DNA from: Azolla caroliniana
Taxonomy: Eukaryota; Plantae; Polypodiophyta
DNA length: 64,000 nucleotides
Assembly (NCBI GenBank): GCA_043228905.1
Contig: JBHGNT010000002.1
Span: 12,834,001-12,898,000, forward strand
Reading direction: 5' to 3'
Shown: in pieces, positions 53,542 to 64,000 of the stretch
Numbering within the stretch: the first letter of the stretch is position 1
Layout: each line of letters starts with the position of its first letter
Notes under the pieces: model-generated
Seen by the model: only the letters and a program-made list of their open reading frames with translations
Databases searched by the model: none
Told to the model about the DNA's origin: nothing
Made by a program: the position numbers and the translations under genes

Positions 53542-54223
53542 GCTTTCTTGGTAAAGTTCTTCCAATCAAAATTTCAAGCATTCATTTTGCTTGTGTATTT
53601 TCTAAACCTCCTAATTTATATTCCATACCCACAACTTGCATCATGGAACAAATTTTGAACGTTACTGGAGTGATCTCTCTGACCGAGACGTCTCAACTCC
53701 AATCCGCATGTCGCACACAAGCTGAGATCACTATTGAGCAATTGCTCACTACTACCTTGAATCAATTGGCTGAAATGAGGCAGACCAATATGGCATTGGA
53801 AAAGAAATTCCAAGAATTGACTATTGAGTCCAAGAAAGAAGGTGGGCCTTCTTTCGTAGTAATGCCATTCAAGGGACATAAGAAAGAAAGAACCGAGAAG
53901 GCCATTAGCAAGGCTTGGTCATTGGGAGTCTCACTTTGAGCTCCACCCCAAGCCCGATGTTGTAAAAATTGGTTATGTCGGTCGTGAGTGAGGTGGCCGA
54001 GCTGCTGCTTGGTGGCGTGGCCTGAGGACTGCAAAGAACTTACCCACACTTGGGAAGGTTTTGTTGATGTTTTTAAGAAATAGTTTTTGCAGCCACCTCA
54101 AACTGAACAAGCGCAACACTTGCTCACTTTGTCGAGTAAGCCATTTACCTCTCTCGAGGATTATGTGCATCATGCTCGGACCCATATCCAAATATCAGAA
54201 CTTACGGGTGAGAAATGGTTTAT

Positions 54224-54959
54224 TGTGTAGAGAATAGCGAGGAATATTGCTCGGCCACAATCGAGTCTTGAATCACTTCGATTAGAATGAAATACAGAGA
54301 TGGGAATAGGAGAGTACGTAGGATGTTTACATGGAAAACCCTAAATGGGAAAAACCACGGGAGCCCACAGACTCCAACTATCACTATATGAGAACAGTAC
54401 AATCAGAGGCTTGGAGGCAACTACCTCGAGCTCTGTATCTTTGCAAGGCGGCGGTTACAACAGAGTATCCCTCTGTATCTCCTCTTTCGCTCTCTCTCTA
54501 TACAACAGCTTTGCACACGCCAAAATATGACAAGATTTGTCCACCCCATAAAGTGATTGCCCTAAGTCATATTTATACTTATACGAACTTAGGGCTATTT
54601 ACAAATATAGCCTCAATAGGCTTACTCAACACATTTACAAGTATGTCTTCTCTTCCGGTTCTCACCGGGTCCATCCATCCGGTTTCCGGATCTCTTCTAG
54701 TTCTCACCGGGCCTATCCGATCTGGTTTCTTGATCTCTTCAGGTTCTCACTAGGCCCTCTTTATTCATAACTGGATCCCATCCGGAGGGACTGATTTCCC
54801 AACAATCTCCCCCTTCACTCCGGCATGGGATGTCTCATCAGCCCGATCCGCTTTCGACAGTGTCGAACTTGTCGGTCGTCGACACCTTGGTCAGCATATC
54901 CGACCCGTTCTCCTCCGTGTGGATCATCGTCAACACGAACTCTTGATCTTCTACTCTCT
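54224..54959 (-). mobile_element. 3' end of a copia element: 3' LTR (about 54224-54804), PPT and RNase H tail
   Basis: LTR minus-strand start TGTTGGGAAATCAGTCCCTCCGGATGGGA resembles 15837/16087; PPT AAGGGGGAGAT; RVEDQEFVLTMIHTEENGSDMLTK cut off at 54959. Confidence 0.88.
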
Positions 54960-55312
54960 GGGTGAAAGCATGCGAGTGGAAACAATTAGCTATGTCCTTG
55001 ACATAGCTAATTAGCTATGCAAAAAGCTACCATTGATAAATAGTCATTTTAGTAAAAAGCCATCATTAATAAATTAAGTATGCAAAAAACTACCATTGAA
55101 AATACTAGAGTGTTTTAATTACATATGTAAATGAGTGCCATAAATGTGCAACATAAATTGATGTGTGCACCATAAATGTGTACCATAAATTATATATCGA
55201 ATTCCTAGGTCCATTATGCATGATCCTTTGCCACATCACGTAGGCCATCTCTAGTTGAGTACTGTGGGTTAGTTGCTACCACTGTTGCTAAACCCTATCG
55301 AGTCCACCTGCC

Positions 55313-56050
55313 GCCACTCTACACTGAGGGGCTGCTACTGTGCGTTCCAAGCATCATCAAAGAGCTGCTCAATCTGACGGGGTTCTCTTCTCTGTGACAC
55401 TCTACACTCAGGGGCCACTATTGTGCATTCCAAGCATCATCAAAGAGCTGTTCAATCTGACGGGGTTCTCTTCTCTGTGCCACTCTACACTCAGGGGCCA
55501 TTACTGTGCGTTCCAAGCATCATCAAAGAGCTGTTCAATCTGAGGGGGTTCTCTTCTCTGTGCCACTCTACACTCAGGGGCCATTACTGTGCGTTCCAAG
55601 CATCATCAAAGAGCTGTTCAATCTGAGGGGGTTCTCTTCTCTGTGCCACTCTACACTCAGGGGCCGCTGCTGTGCGTTCCAAGCATCATCAAAGAGTTGT
55701 TCAATCTGACGGGGTTCTCTTCTCTTTGCCACTCTACACTCAGGGGTTGCTACTGTGCGTTCCAAGCATAATCGAAGAGCTATTCAATCTGAGGGGGTTC
55801 TCTTCTCTTTTCCACTCTCACTCAGGGGCCGCTACTGTGCGTTTCAAGCATCATTGGTAACTGTTCAATCTGACGGGGTTCTCTTCTCTTTTCCACTCTC
55901 ACTCAGGGGCCGCTACTGTGCGTTTCAAGCATCATTGGTAACTGTTCAATCTGACGGGGTTCTCTTCTCTATGCCACTCTATTCTCAAGTGCCTTCTATG
56001 TGCGTTTCAAGCATCATCGGTAACTGTTCAATCTGACGGGGTTCTCTCCT
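55313..56050. repeat. 83/81-bp minisatellite, about 9 copies
   Basis: GCCACTCTACACTCAGGGGCC...CAAGCATCATCAAAGAGCTGTTCAATCTGA.GGGGTTCTCTTCTCT; ORF starts recur every 83 bp (55340-55755). Confidence 0.95.
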
Positions 56051-56382
56051 CCATTGCCATCATTCTATACTCAGTTGCCACTACTGTCCAGTCCCGGATT
56101 GCTTCCACATTTCGATTTGACGGAGTTCACTCATCCAACGGCAACATTCTACACTCAGTTGTTGCCATTGGTCGGTCTTGGATCGCCTCCTCAACTGTTG
56201 GATCCAACAGAGTGAAATCCTCTACTGTTCGGTCTTGGATTGCAATAACTTTTCTGTCTATTGATTATCTTGTGTATTGTTGTGTCTAATCTTGTGTATT
56301 GTGTGGAATATTTTTGTGTATTGTTGTTGCCCATAGCCATCTTTAATACTTGTTTTTTTTTCTGGAAATTTAGGGTTTTAAC

Positions 56383-59300
56383 ATGTCTAGCCAAATGGAA
56401 GGGGAAGAAGGGTGTTTAGAATTACCCCTCAATGATCATAAGGATAGGGATGATGTTATCAGGACACAACAAGCCATACGAAACTATTGGGCAGAAAAAA
56501 AAGGAAACATCGTCAATTGTTGAAGGATACGAAAGCCACACTCAGTAAAGGTAAGGATAGTTTAGATGAGAATGTAAGTAATGCGACTACCATCATAGAG
56601 AGAAAGGTTGTAGACTATTTCAATGTTCAAACCAAGCACATCAGCAATGAAGAAAAGAAGGTAGTACTTTATGGAATATGTAATGATCCATCGATAAAGG
56701 ACTTAGTTGATTGTGATGGTCTTAATGCAAACATATCATCTATTTTAGTAAATAATCTTCGTAATAGTTTCGTATCCATGAGCAGGTCAGAAGATGATCT
56801 TGTCTTAAAAAGGTCTAGTCTAATGATGTTACTTAATAGTGATGTTGACGATATAAACATCAGTGAGCTATCTAAGGTAATTGGTGTTAGTAGAAAAACA
56901 GTGTACAATACAATGAACCGTATAATTTCCTCGGGTGAAGGAACTAGTCTACTAAAGCTAACTACAAGATGTAAGCCAATGACACCCATAACATTTGAAA
57001 TCAAGGATGTAATCACAATGTTTTGGACTAATGAGAGTAGGGTTTCACCCAATAAAAAGGATTTATGCAGGAAACGTGTTGGAAGAAATCAATACGAGGA
57101 GCATCCCATTCATCTTCTTGATGTACCTCAGGTATTTACATTTATCTCAACATTTGTTTTGACTCTACTCGGAAAGTTAATTAGCTCAGTTAGCAGAAAA
57201 GCTAATTAGCTGTACTGCTAGCTAGTTAGCTATCATGGTAGCTAGTTAGCTATTTCGTTATTACCAGCTAATTAGCTACTAGGAAAGCTAATTAGCTACC
57301 ATGATAGCTAATTAGCTACTATGATAGCTACTACATAGGTAACTGGCTACTCTCAATAGCTACTACCATGATAGCTAATTAGTTAGGATAGCTAATTAGC
57401 CACCATTATAGCTAATTAGCTACTAGACCAGCTAATTAGCTACCATGATAGCTAATTAGTTACTAGGACAGCTAATTAGCCACCGTGATAGCTAATTAGC
57501 TACCATGATAGCTAATTAGCTACTATACCAGCTAATTAGCTACCATGATAGCTAATTAGCTACTATACCAGCTAATTAGCTACCATGATAGCTAATTAGT
57601 TACTAGGAAAGCTAATCAGCCACCATTATAGCTAATTAGCTACTAGACTAGCTAATTAGCTACCACGATAGCTAATTAGCTACTAGACCAGCTAATTAGC
57701 TACCATGATAGCTAATTAGTTACTAGGAAAGCTAATTAGCCACCATGATAGCTAATTAGCTAGTAGACAAGCTAATTAGCCACCATGATAGCTAATTAGC
57801 TACTAGGACAACTAATTAGCTACTAGGACAGCTAATTAGCTACCATGATAGCTAATTAGCTACTACGACAGCTAATTAGCTACCATGATAGCTAATTAGC
57901 TACTAGAATAGCTAATTAGCTACTAGAATAGCTAATTAGCTACCATGATAGCTAATTAGCTACTATGACAGCTAATTAGCTACCATGATAGCTAATTAGC
58001 TACTACGACAGCTAATTAGCTACCATGATAGCTAATTAGCTACTAGAATAGCTAATTAGCTACCATGATAGCTAATTAGCTACTACGACAGCTAATTAGC
58101 TACCATGATAGCTAATTAGCTACTAGGACAACCAATTAGCTACTAGGACAGCTAATTAGCTACCATGATAGCTAATTAGCTACTACGACAGCTAATTAGC
58201 TACCATGATAGCTAATTAGCTACTAGAATAGCTAATTAGCTACCATGATAGCTAATTAGCTACTACGACAGCTAATTAACTACCATGATAGCTAATTAGC
58301 TACTAGGACAACTAATTAGCTACCATGATAGCTAATTAGCTACTAGAATAGCTAACTAGCTACTAGAATAGCTAACTAGCTACTAGAATAGCTAATTAGC
58401 TACTAGGATAGTTAGCTAGTTACGAGAATAACTAATTCCCCTTTATTACGCAGGTCGATTTATTTATTAGGTTCAAACGAATGCATCCAACTATCAAAGT
58501 TCAACTACGAACATTCGAGTCTCTTAAGCCACACTTTGTGAGACGCTTAAAGGATCGATACACATGTTGTTGCATTTACCATGTACAGATGGGTTTTCTG
58601 AAGGACTCTGTTAATCTACTACGTCACCATAGCGCATCCCTAACTAATACAGTTTGCACATGTGGGTGCCAAATCTGTCGATCAAGCCCGCAAGAGGAGT
58701 GTAAATCATCTGAGCACGTTATCTCTTCCATGAGTTATTTATTAGATTTAATATTGTGTCCGAGAGAATCTGACGCTATCTTCCATATTCATAAATGTGT
58801 CATGGGTTTATGTCAAGATTGTGGCCCTACTAGATTTAGGTGGTGTCCAAATGAATTGAGTAGTGAAATATTGATCTCTGTGAAGTTATTTGAGTCAGTG
58901 AACACCAATTTCGAAGGAAAGGTGTGTAAAAGAAAGGATCTAGTTCGGAAGATGCTTAAACCAAGGGATTTGGTGTCTCTGTTTGTAGTATCTCTAGGAA
59001 AGTTCATTAAACACAACTTCATTTATTCATGGCAGGCCCATCAGTTTAAGACTTGCATATCTGATTTCCCAAATGATGTAGTAGTCTCAGTAGTAGATTT
59101 CGCAGAGAATTATACTTTCAAGCAGCAGAATGAAATTCAATCTATGCATTGGTGTTCAGTTCAGGTAACCATTTTTGTGCACATAACATATTTTCGAGTT
59201 TCAGGTGATGTTAAAAAAGTAATTCATTTCTTTATTTCCGATGATAAGAAGCATGATACCTTGTTCGTCCAACACTGTTTTAAGTTACATTGGCAGTGGT

Positions 59301-60295
59301 TATTAGCTCAACGTTTGGAGCTTACTCAACATTGGGTCTGGTCTGACGGAGCTGCGTCACAATTCAAGGCTCGACATCCATTTTATTTTGTGGGGAGGTA
59401 TCCTGCTATAACAGGTTTGGAGATGAGATGGAATTTTTTTGGGTCTGGCCATGGTAAAGGTGAACATGATGGTGCAGGGGCTGTTATAAAGCGGGCACTT
59501 ACCCATGAACAACTAAAGACAGATGGTGTGCACATGAATTGTGCATCACATGTAGTTGAATTTTTAAGAACAAATATGTCGACGAGTGCCACAGGTGTTT
59601 ATTCCTCGCAAGTTCGAGATATCAAACGTGAATTTTGGGAAGTGAAGATAGATGAAGTAAATAGGGAGAAGACCTGGGAGTGCCAAGGAATTCCCGAATT
59701 GCGATCTCTGCATGCTGTTCGCGGTTATTCCAGGTTGGATGGTCATTGTATTGCGGTGAGAGAATTGACTTGTTTTTGCTTCCATTGTGTGTAGGGAAAT
59801 TGGAGATATTGTCTAAACAAAGCATACATTCAGAATTGGGAGTATCACACTCTGAATGATAAGGAAGCAGTTGATGGAGAAACAGGGCAGAATGCTGACT
59901 TCACATATGAGGGACTTGGAGATACTTTGAGTGATGTCCTGAACGTTGGGGATAACTTCGCTGTAAATGCTGAAGAAGGCAATTCAGAGGGTGCTGATTT
60001 CTATATATTAAAGTGCACGGTTAGTAAACAGTGTGCAAGGCAGAATATTGTAGATGCATGGGGAAATTTTGTATCTGCCGGGACATTCTACATCGAAGGC
60101 ATTTTTTATGCAAAACTAGATGACTACGAATATGTGTACAGGCTGTTAGAAGACAAACCAGCAGCGTATATGTACTCTCATTTGGTCAGATGCATCAACG
60201 TCCCAATGTCAGAATACAATAGCTGCTCCGGTTTATACACTGTTGGTGCTAATGTGTATGAATGTATTTACAATAGTATGCCATGGAATTTGTAG
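56383..60295 (+). pseudogene. Sola2-type DDD transposase; exons 56383-57131 and 58454-60295; one frameshift (A run near 56495-56502) and one TAG (59792-59794)
   Basis: Phase-0 GT-AG intron 57132-58453 joins HLLDVPQ|VDLFIRFKRMHP. Motifs TCCCIYH, VDFAENY..QNEIQSMHW, FISDDKKHD, WSDGAASQFK, WNFFGSGHGKGEHDGAGAVIKR, CFCFHC...C. ORF 59927-60295 is in the same frame. Confidence 0.85.
57200..58435. repeat. 20-bp palindromic satellite (TAGCTAATTAGCTA core) with 40-bp dimeric higher-order structure, inside the transposase intron
   Basis: GCTAATTAGCTACCATGATA alternates with GCTAATTAGCTACTA(G/C/T)NNNA at an exact 20-bp period. Confidence 0.97.
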
Positions 60296-60730
60296 CTACA
60301 AGTAGCACTTACCATGTTCTCTTGTAAAACAAACATGTATTTCGCGAAAACAGATCAATAAATTCGTTTGGAATCAATTTCTTGTATACAGTCTGCTTTC
60401 TGTGCTTCTTTCTCAATAAAATCATGTCTTTTTTGTTAAGTTTTAAGTTATAAGTTATAGCGAAATAGTCATCAGTAGCTAATTAGCTGTACAAATGTAT
60501 TTACAATAGTATGCCATGGAATTTGTAGCTACAAGTAGCACTTACCATGTTCTCTTGTAAAACAAACATGTATTTCGCGAAAACAGATCAATAAATTCGT
60601 TTGGAATCAATTTCTTGTATACAGTCTGCTTTCTGTGCTTCTTTCTCAATAAAATCATGTCTTTTTTGTTAAGTTTTAAGTTATAAGTTATAGCGAAATA
60701 GTCATCAGTAGCTAATTAGCTGTACAAATG
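60261..60730. repeat. 233-bp tandem duplication of the transposase stop and 3' UTR
   Basis: AATGTATTTACAATAGTATGCCATGG at 60261 and 60494; copies look identical by eye. Confidence 0.93.
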
Positions 60731-60897
60731 CAGCTAATTAGCTGTACAAATGTAGCTAATTAGCTGTCAATAGCTAAATAGTCATCAATAGAATGAAATC
60801 AACAATCTGCAACATATTCCTCAAATTACATAGTAGATAAGTACAGTGGGAACAAGTAATTAAATTCTTCATTGAATAATGTCATCTCTTTACATAT

Positions 60898-62776
60898 TTA
60901 TAAATTACCATTGGAAATGTCTACAAATCTCCTATAAACAGCTAAGCTCTTGCTAGTCAGTGGAACGAGTCTACATATATTATCCGCATATTGAGCTCGG
61001 TATGGAGTCCACAACCATGCACCTAGTTGGCAGCTCACTGTTTGCACCAGGTACTGTTCAGGCATTTCCTCGGGTAGAATGAGACAGCATCTCCGAATAT
61101 TGAAGTAGTGTCGGAAATGTTCTGTATCCAAAATCAATGTATTGTCAGCATTATATTCAGGCCAAGTAGCCCAAAAATCAGAAAGCCTCTTGAATCTTGC
61201 AGCTTCCATCTGCTCACAATTTTCTCGTGCCCATTGACCTTTAAAACGACTTCGCCATTTTGGGAAGAATCTTGCCAAACACTTCCACACATCTGATTTT
61301 GGTTTCTCACTCCAAATAAACAAATCGAAGTACTCCGCAGCCCACTCTAGAAACTGATTTGCGTCCCTCCTTGGCTGCATATATCTCACACTCATCAAGA
61401 CTTTATCCAGCTCCAAGATCAAGGCTCTTCGCTCGACTTCTAGTGGTTTAGGTTTCCATTCCTGAAACTGAGCCGCTGTTACACCATTTTCTGGTAGGAT
61501 ACGATCAATCTCAATCAGCTCAGGTTCGGCTGACACAACTGGTGTCCTTTTCCTCTTTAAACCCCTAGTCGACTGTGTTGGGCCTAGCTTCACATTCTGG
61601 TGCTCTTGTTTTGTCGACTTAGTTATCAATCCTTGGATTACCTCAGTGCATGTAGCTACTGTTCTGCTCGATATCAATCCACTGGTATCACATGCTGCAT
61701 CTACCTGCAACACCAAGTCATCCGTGCTACATGCTGCATCTACCTGCAACACCAAGTCATCTGTGCTACATGCTGCATCTACCTGCAACACCAAGTCATC
61801 CGTGCTACATGCTGCATCTACCTGCAACACCAAGTCATCCGTGCTACATGCTTGATCAACTTGTGTGACCAGATCACTTGTGTCAGTTGCTACATCTACT
61901 TTCAAGATGGGGCCCTTTAAACATGCCGCAACATCAACAGTATCCACACTGCCATTGGCCTTACGAGCAATAGAATCAAACCCTTTAGACTCTGCAACAT
62001 CAGAAAACACCAACATATTCACACTCACAAAGTAACTACTAGTCTCACAAAACAATATCCTGAACATCAAAGAGTTTCAGTCATAGAACAACACTCTTCA
62101 AATTATCTTGGAAAAACATCATAGAGTTCCATTACATAATGTGGATCAAGCAACAACCAATCTGAGGTTTTACTTGTCCAACAGGATAGTAAAACTTCAT
62201 AAAACCCTAGCAAAATCCCTAAGCTAACAATCATATCCAACTAAACAGTATTTCGCTCCACTACGTCTGGGCCCCTTGACCGAGTAACTGGTCTTGTTCC
62301 CGATCGTGGCCCCTTCTTCAGCCTTTTTCTGGTTGGTTCCCCATTTAGCCTTGCTTCTAGGACCCAATGCGCAAGTGTGTCCTCCTCCGACAACCTTCCC
62401 ATCGCCTCAGCAGCTAATTGCACATCAGCCGTTTCTTGAACTAGCTTTTCAAGTACAGAGGGATCTGTTTGGACATTTTCAGTAGTTGGGCTCGGTGGGG
62501 TGGAATCAAGGTCTTGAGACTCGAAGAAATGTTGCATCAAGTGTTCATAAACACTGTTGTTGTGAACCTCAGTTTTACATGTTGTTTCCACTATTTCATG
62601 GCATTTCACATCGTTGCCTAATTCAGTACACTGTTCCAAAAGAATAGGGTGCAGCTGATCTGAAGGAGATGTGATAGCAGGACTCTTACTTTCAGCCACA
62701 TTGGCAGTAGTATCCTCATCTGTTGCAGCATCATCAGCACCAGACACATCATGTGCCGTCCTTAATCCACAAGATT
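60898..62776 (-). CDS. Multi-exon gene with C-terminal FCP1/NIF (HAD-fold CTD phosphatase-like) domain lacking DxDxT; 5' exons outside window
   Basis: RRALILELDKVL..RRDANQFLEWAAEYFDLFIWS..FKRLSDFW..YNADNTLILDT resembles the NIF/UBLCP1 layout. Candidate acceptors at 62777 and 61992; the donor between the two ORFs is not resolved. Confidence 0.6.
61691..61850 (-). repeat. 39-bp coding tandem repeat (13-aa unit TDDLVLQVDAACS, 4 copies plus degenerate ones)
   Basis: CATGCTGCATCTACCTGCAACACCAAGTCATCCGTGCTA repeated in frame. Confidence 0.92.
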
Positions 62777-62799
62777 CTACAATAACATGACAGTTATTT

Positions 62800-64000
62800 A
62801 GGATAGCTAATTAGCTACTTTACTAAACTATGGTAGAAGCTAGGATAGCTAATTAGCTAGTACGATAGCTAATTAGCTAGTATGATAGCTAATTAGGTAC
62901 TTTACTCAACTATGGTAGTAGTTAGGATAGCTAATTAGGTACTTTACTCAACTATGGTAGTAGTTAGGATAGCTTATTAGCTACTAGGACAGCTAATTAG
63001 CTGCCAGTAGCTAATTAGCTACTAGGATAGCTAATTAATTAGCTACCAGTAGCTAATTAGCTACTAGGATAGCTAATTAGCTGCCAGTAGCTAATTAGCT
63101 ACTAGGATAGCTTATTAGCTACTTTACACAACTATGGCAGTAGCTACTAGGATAGCTAATTCGCTAGTAGGATAGCTAATTAGTTTCCAGCAGCTAATTA
63201 GCTACTAGGATAGCTAATTAGCTAGTAGGATAGCTAATTAGGTACTTTACTCAACTATGGTAGTAGCTAATTAGCTAGTAGGATAGCTAATTAGCTACTT
63301 TACTCAACTATGGTAGTAGCTAATTAGCTACTAGGATAGCTTATTAGCTACTTTACACAACTATGGCAGTAGCTAATTAGTTACTAGGATAGCTAATTAG
63401 TTACTAGGATAGCTAATTAGCTACTATGGTAGCTAATTAGCTACTTTACTCAACTATGGTAGTAGCTAGGATAGCTAATTAGCTACTTTACTAACTATGG
63501 TAGTAGCTAGGATAGCTAATTAGCTACTTTATTAACTATGGTGGTAGCTAGGATAGCTAATTAGCTACAATGAAAGCTAATTAGCTACTTTCTCAACTAT
63601 GTAGTAGCTAGGATAGCTTATTAGCTACTAGGACAGCTAATTAGCTGCCAGTAGCTAATTAGCTACTTTACACAACTATGTCAGTAGCTAATTAGCTACT
63701 ATGATAGCTAATTAGCTAGTAGGATAGCTAATTAGCTAGTAGGATAGCTAATTAGTTGTCAGTAGCTAATTAGCTAGTAGGATAGCTAATTAGCTTTTTT
63801 ACACAACTATGGTACTAGCTAATTAGCTAGTACCATAGCTAACTAGCTACTAGGATAACTTATTAGCTACTTTACACAACTATGTCAGTAGCTAATTAGC
63901 TACTATGATAGCTAATTAGCTAGTAGGATAGCTAATTAGTTGCCAGTAGCTAATTAGCTAGTAGGATAGCTAATTAGCTATTTTACACAACTATGGTACT
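62800..64000. repeat. Second TAGCTAATTAGCTA satellite array with mixed ~17/20/32-bp units, running off the window
   Basis: Same palindromic core with linkers CTAGGA, CCAG and CTTTACTCAACTATGGTAG. Confidence 0.96.

Larger units (their letters stand above)
46400..54223 (+). mobile_element. Leader and partial gag of a second chromovirus (element B, related to A), interrupted by two copia elements
   Basis: gag from ATG 53643: PSFVVMPFKGHKKERTEKAI..WESHFEL..GGRAAAWWRGLRT..LEDYVHHART matches gag A. Flanks of the 46897-52633 insertion rejoin an 83-bp repeat unit. Left boundary approximate. Confidence 0.75.
54960..64000 (+). mobile_element. Large Sola2-like cut-and-paste DNA transposon (right end outside window)
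   Basis: Abruptly interrupts copia RNase H; starts GGG (5'-GRG); subterminal short repeats; DDD transposase gene; TAGCTAATTAGCTA motif recurs from 55004 to the window end. Confidence 0.7.

Noticed and set aside
55340-56036. Series of near-identical 60-93 aa ORFs suggesting a peptide gene array
   Set aside because: Artefact of an 83-bp repeat (not a multiple of 3) with GTG/TTG starts
57200-58435. CRISPR-like look of a constant palindrome with variable linkers (also 62800-64000 and 7368-7640)
   Set aside because: Linkers are very short and recurrent (or the repeats are degenerate), no cas genes are present, and the context is eukaryotic introns and TE leaders

Overview
Eukaryotic plant nuclear DNA, probably from a non-seed plant such as a fern (inferred from GT-AG introns, a plant tRNA-Trp PBS, and Tcn1-like and Ylt1-like Ty3/gypsy elements). 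One intact host gene, a 6-exon DUF789 gene at 9.5-11.9 kb, sits among mostly nested transposons. These include a young full-length chromovirus (1320-8340, TSD GAAAC), several Ty1/copia copies (one full length, 46897-52633, TSD TGGTG), two Tcn1-like chromoviruses, a GC-rich fungal-type gypsy element and three L1-like LINE pieces. From 54960 to the window end lies a large Sola2-like DNA transposon. It carries a spliced DDD transposase gene and a convergent FCP1/NIF-like putative pseudo-phosphatase gene, and both appear to have introns filled by one palindromic TAGCTAATTAGCTA satellite. Other highlights are a ~160-nt covarying RNA structure conserved ~100 nt upstream of gag in two diverged chromoviruses, a tRNA-like Pol III-type cassette at an LTR end, and a Tf1-type self-priming signature. 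All calls were made by eye; family names rest on remembered motifs, not database searches.
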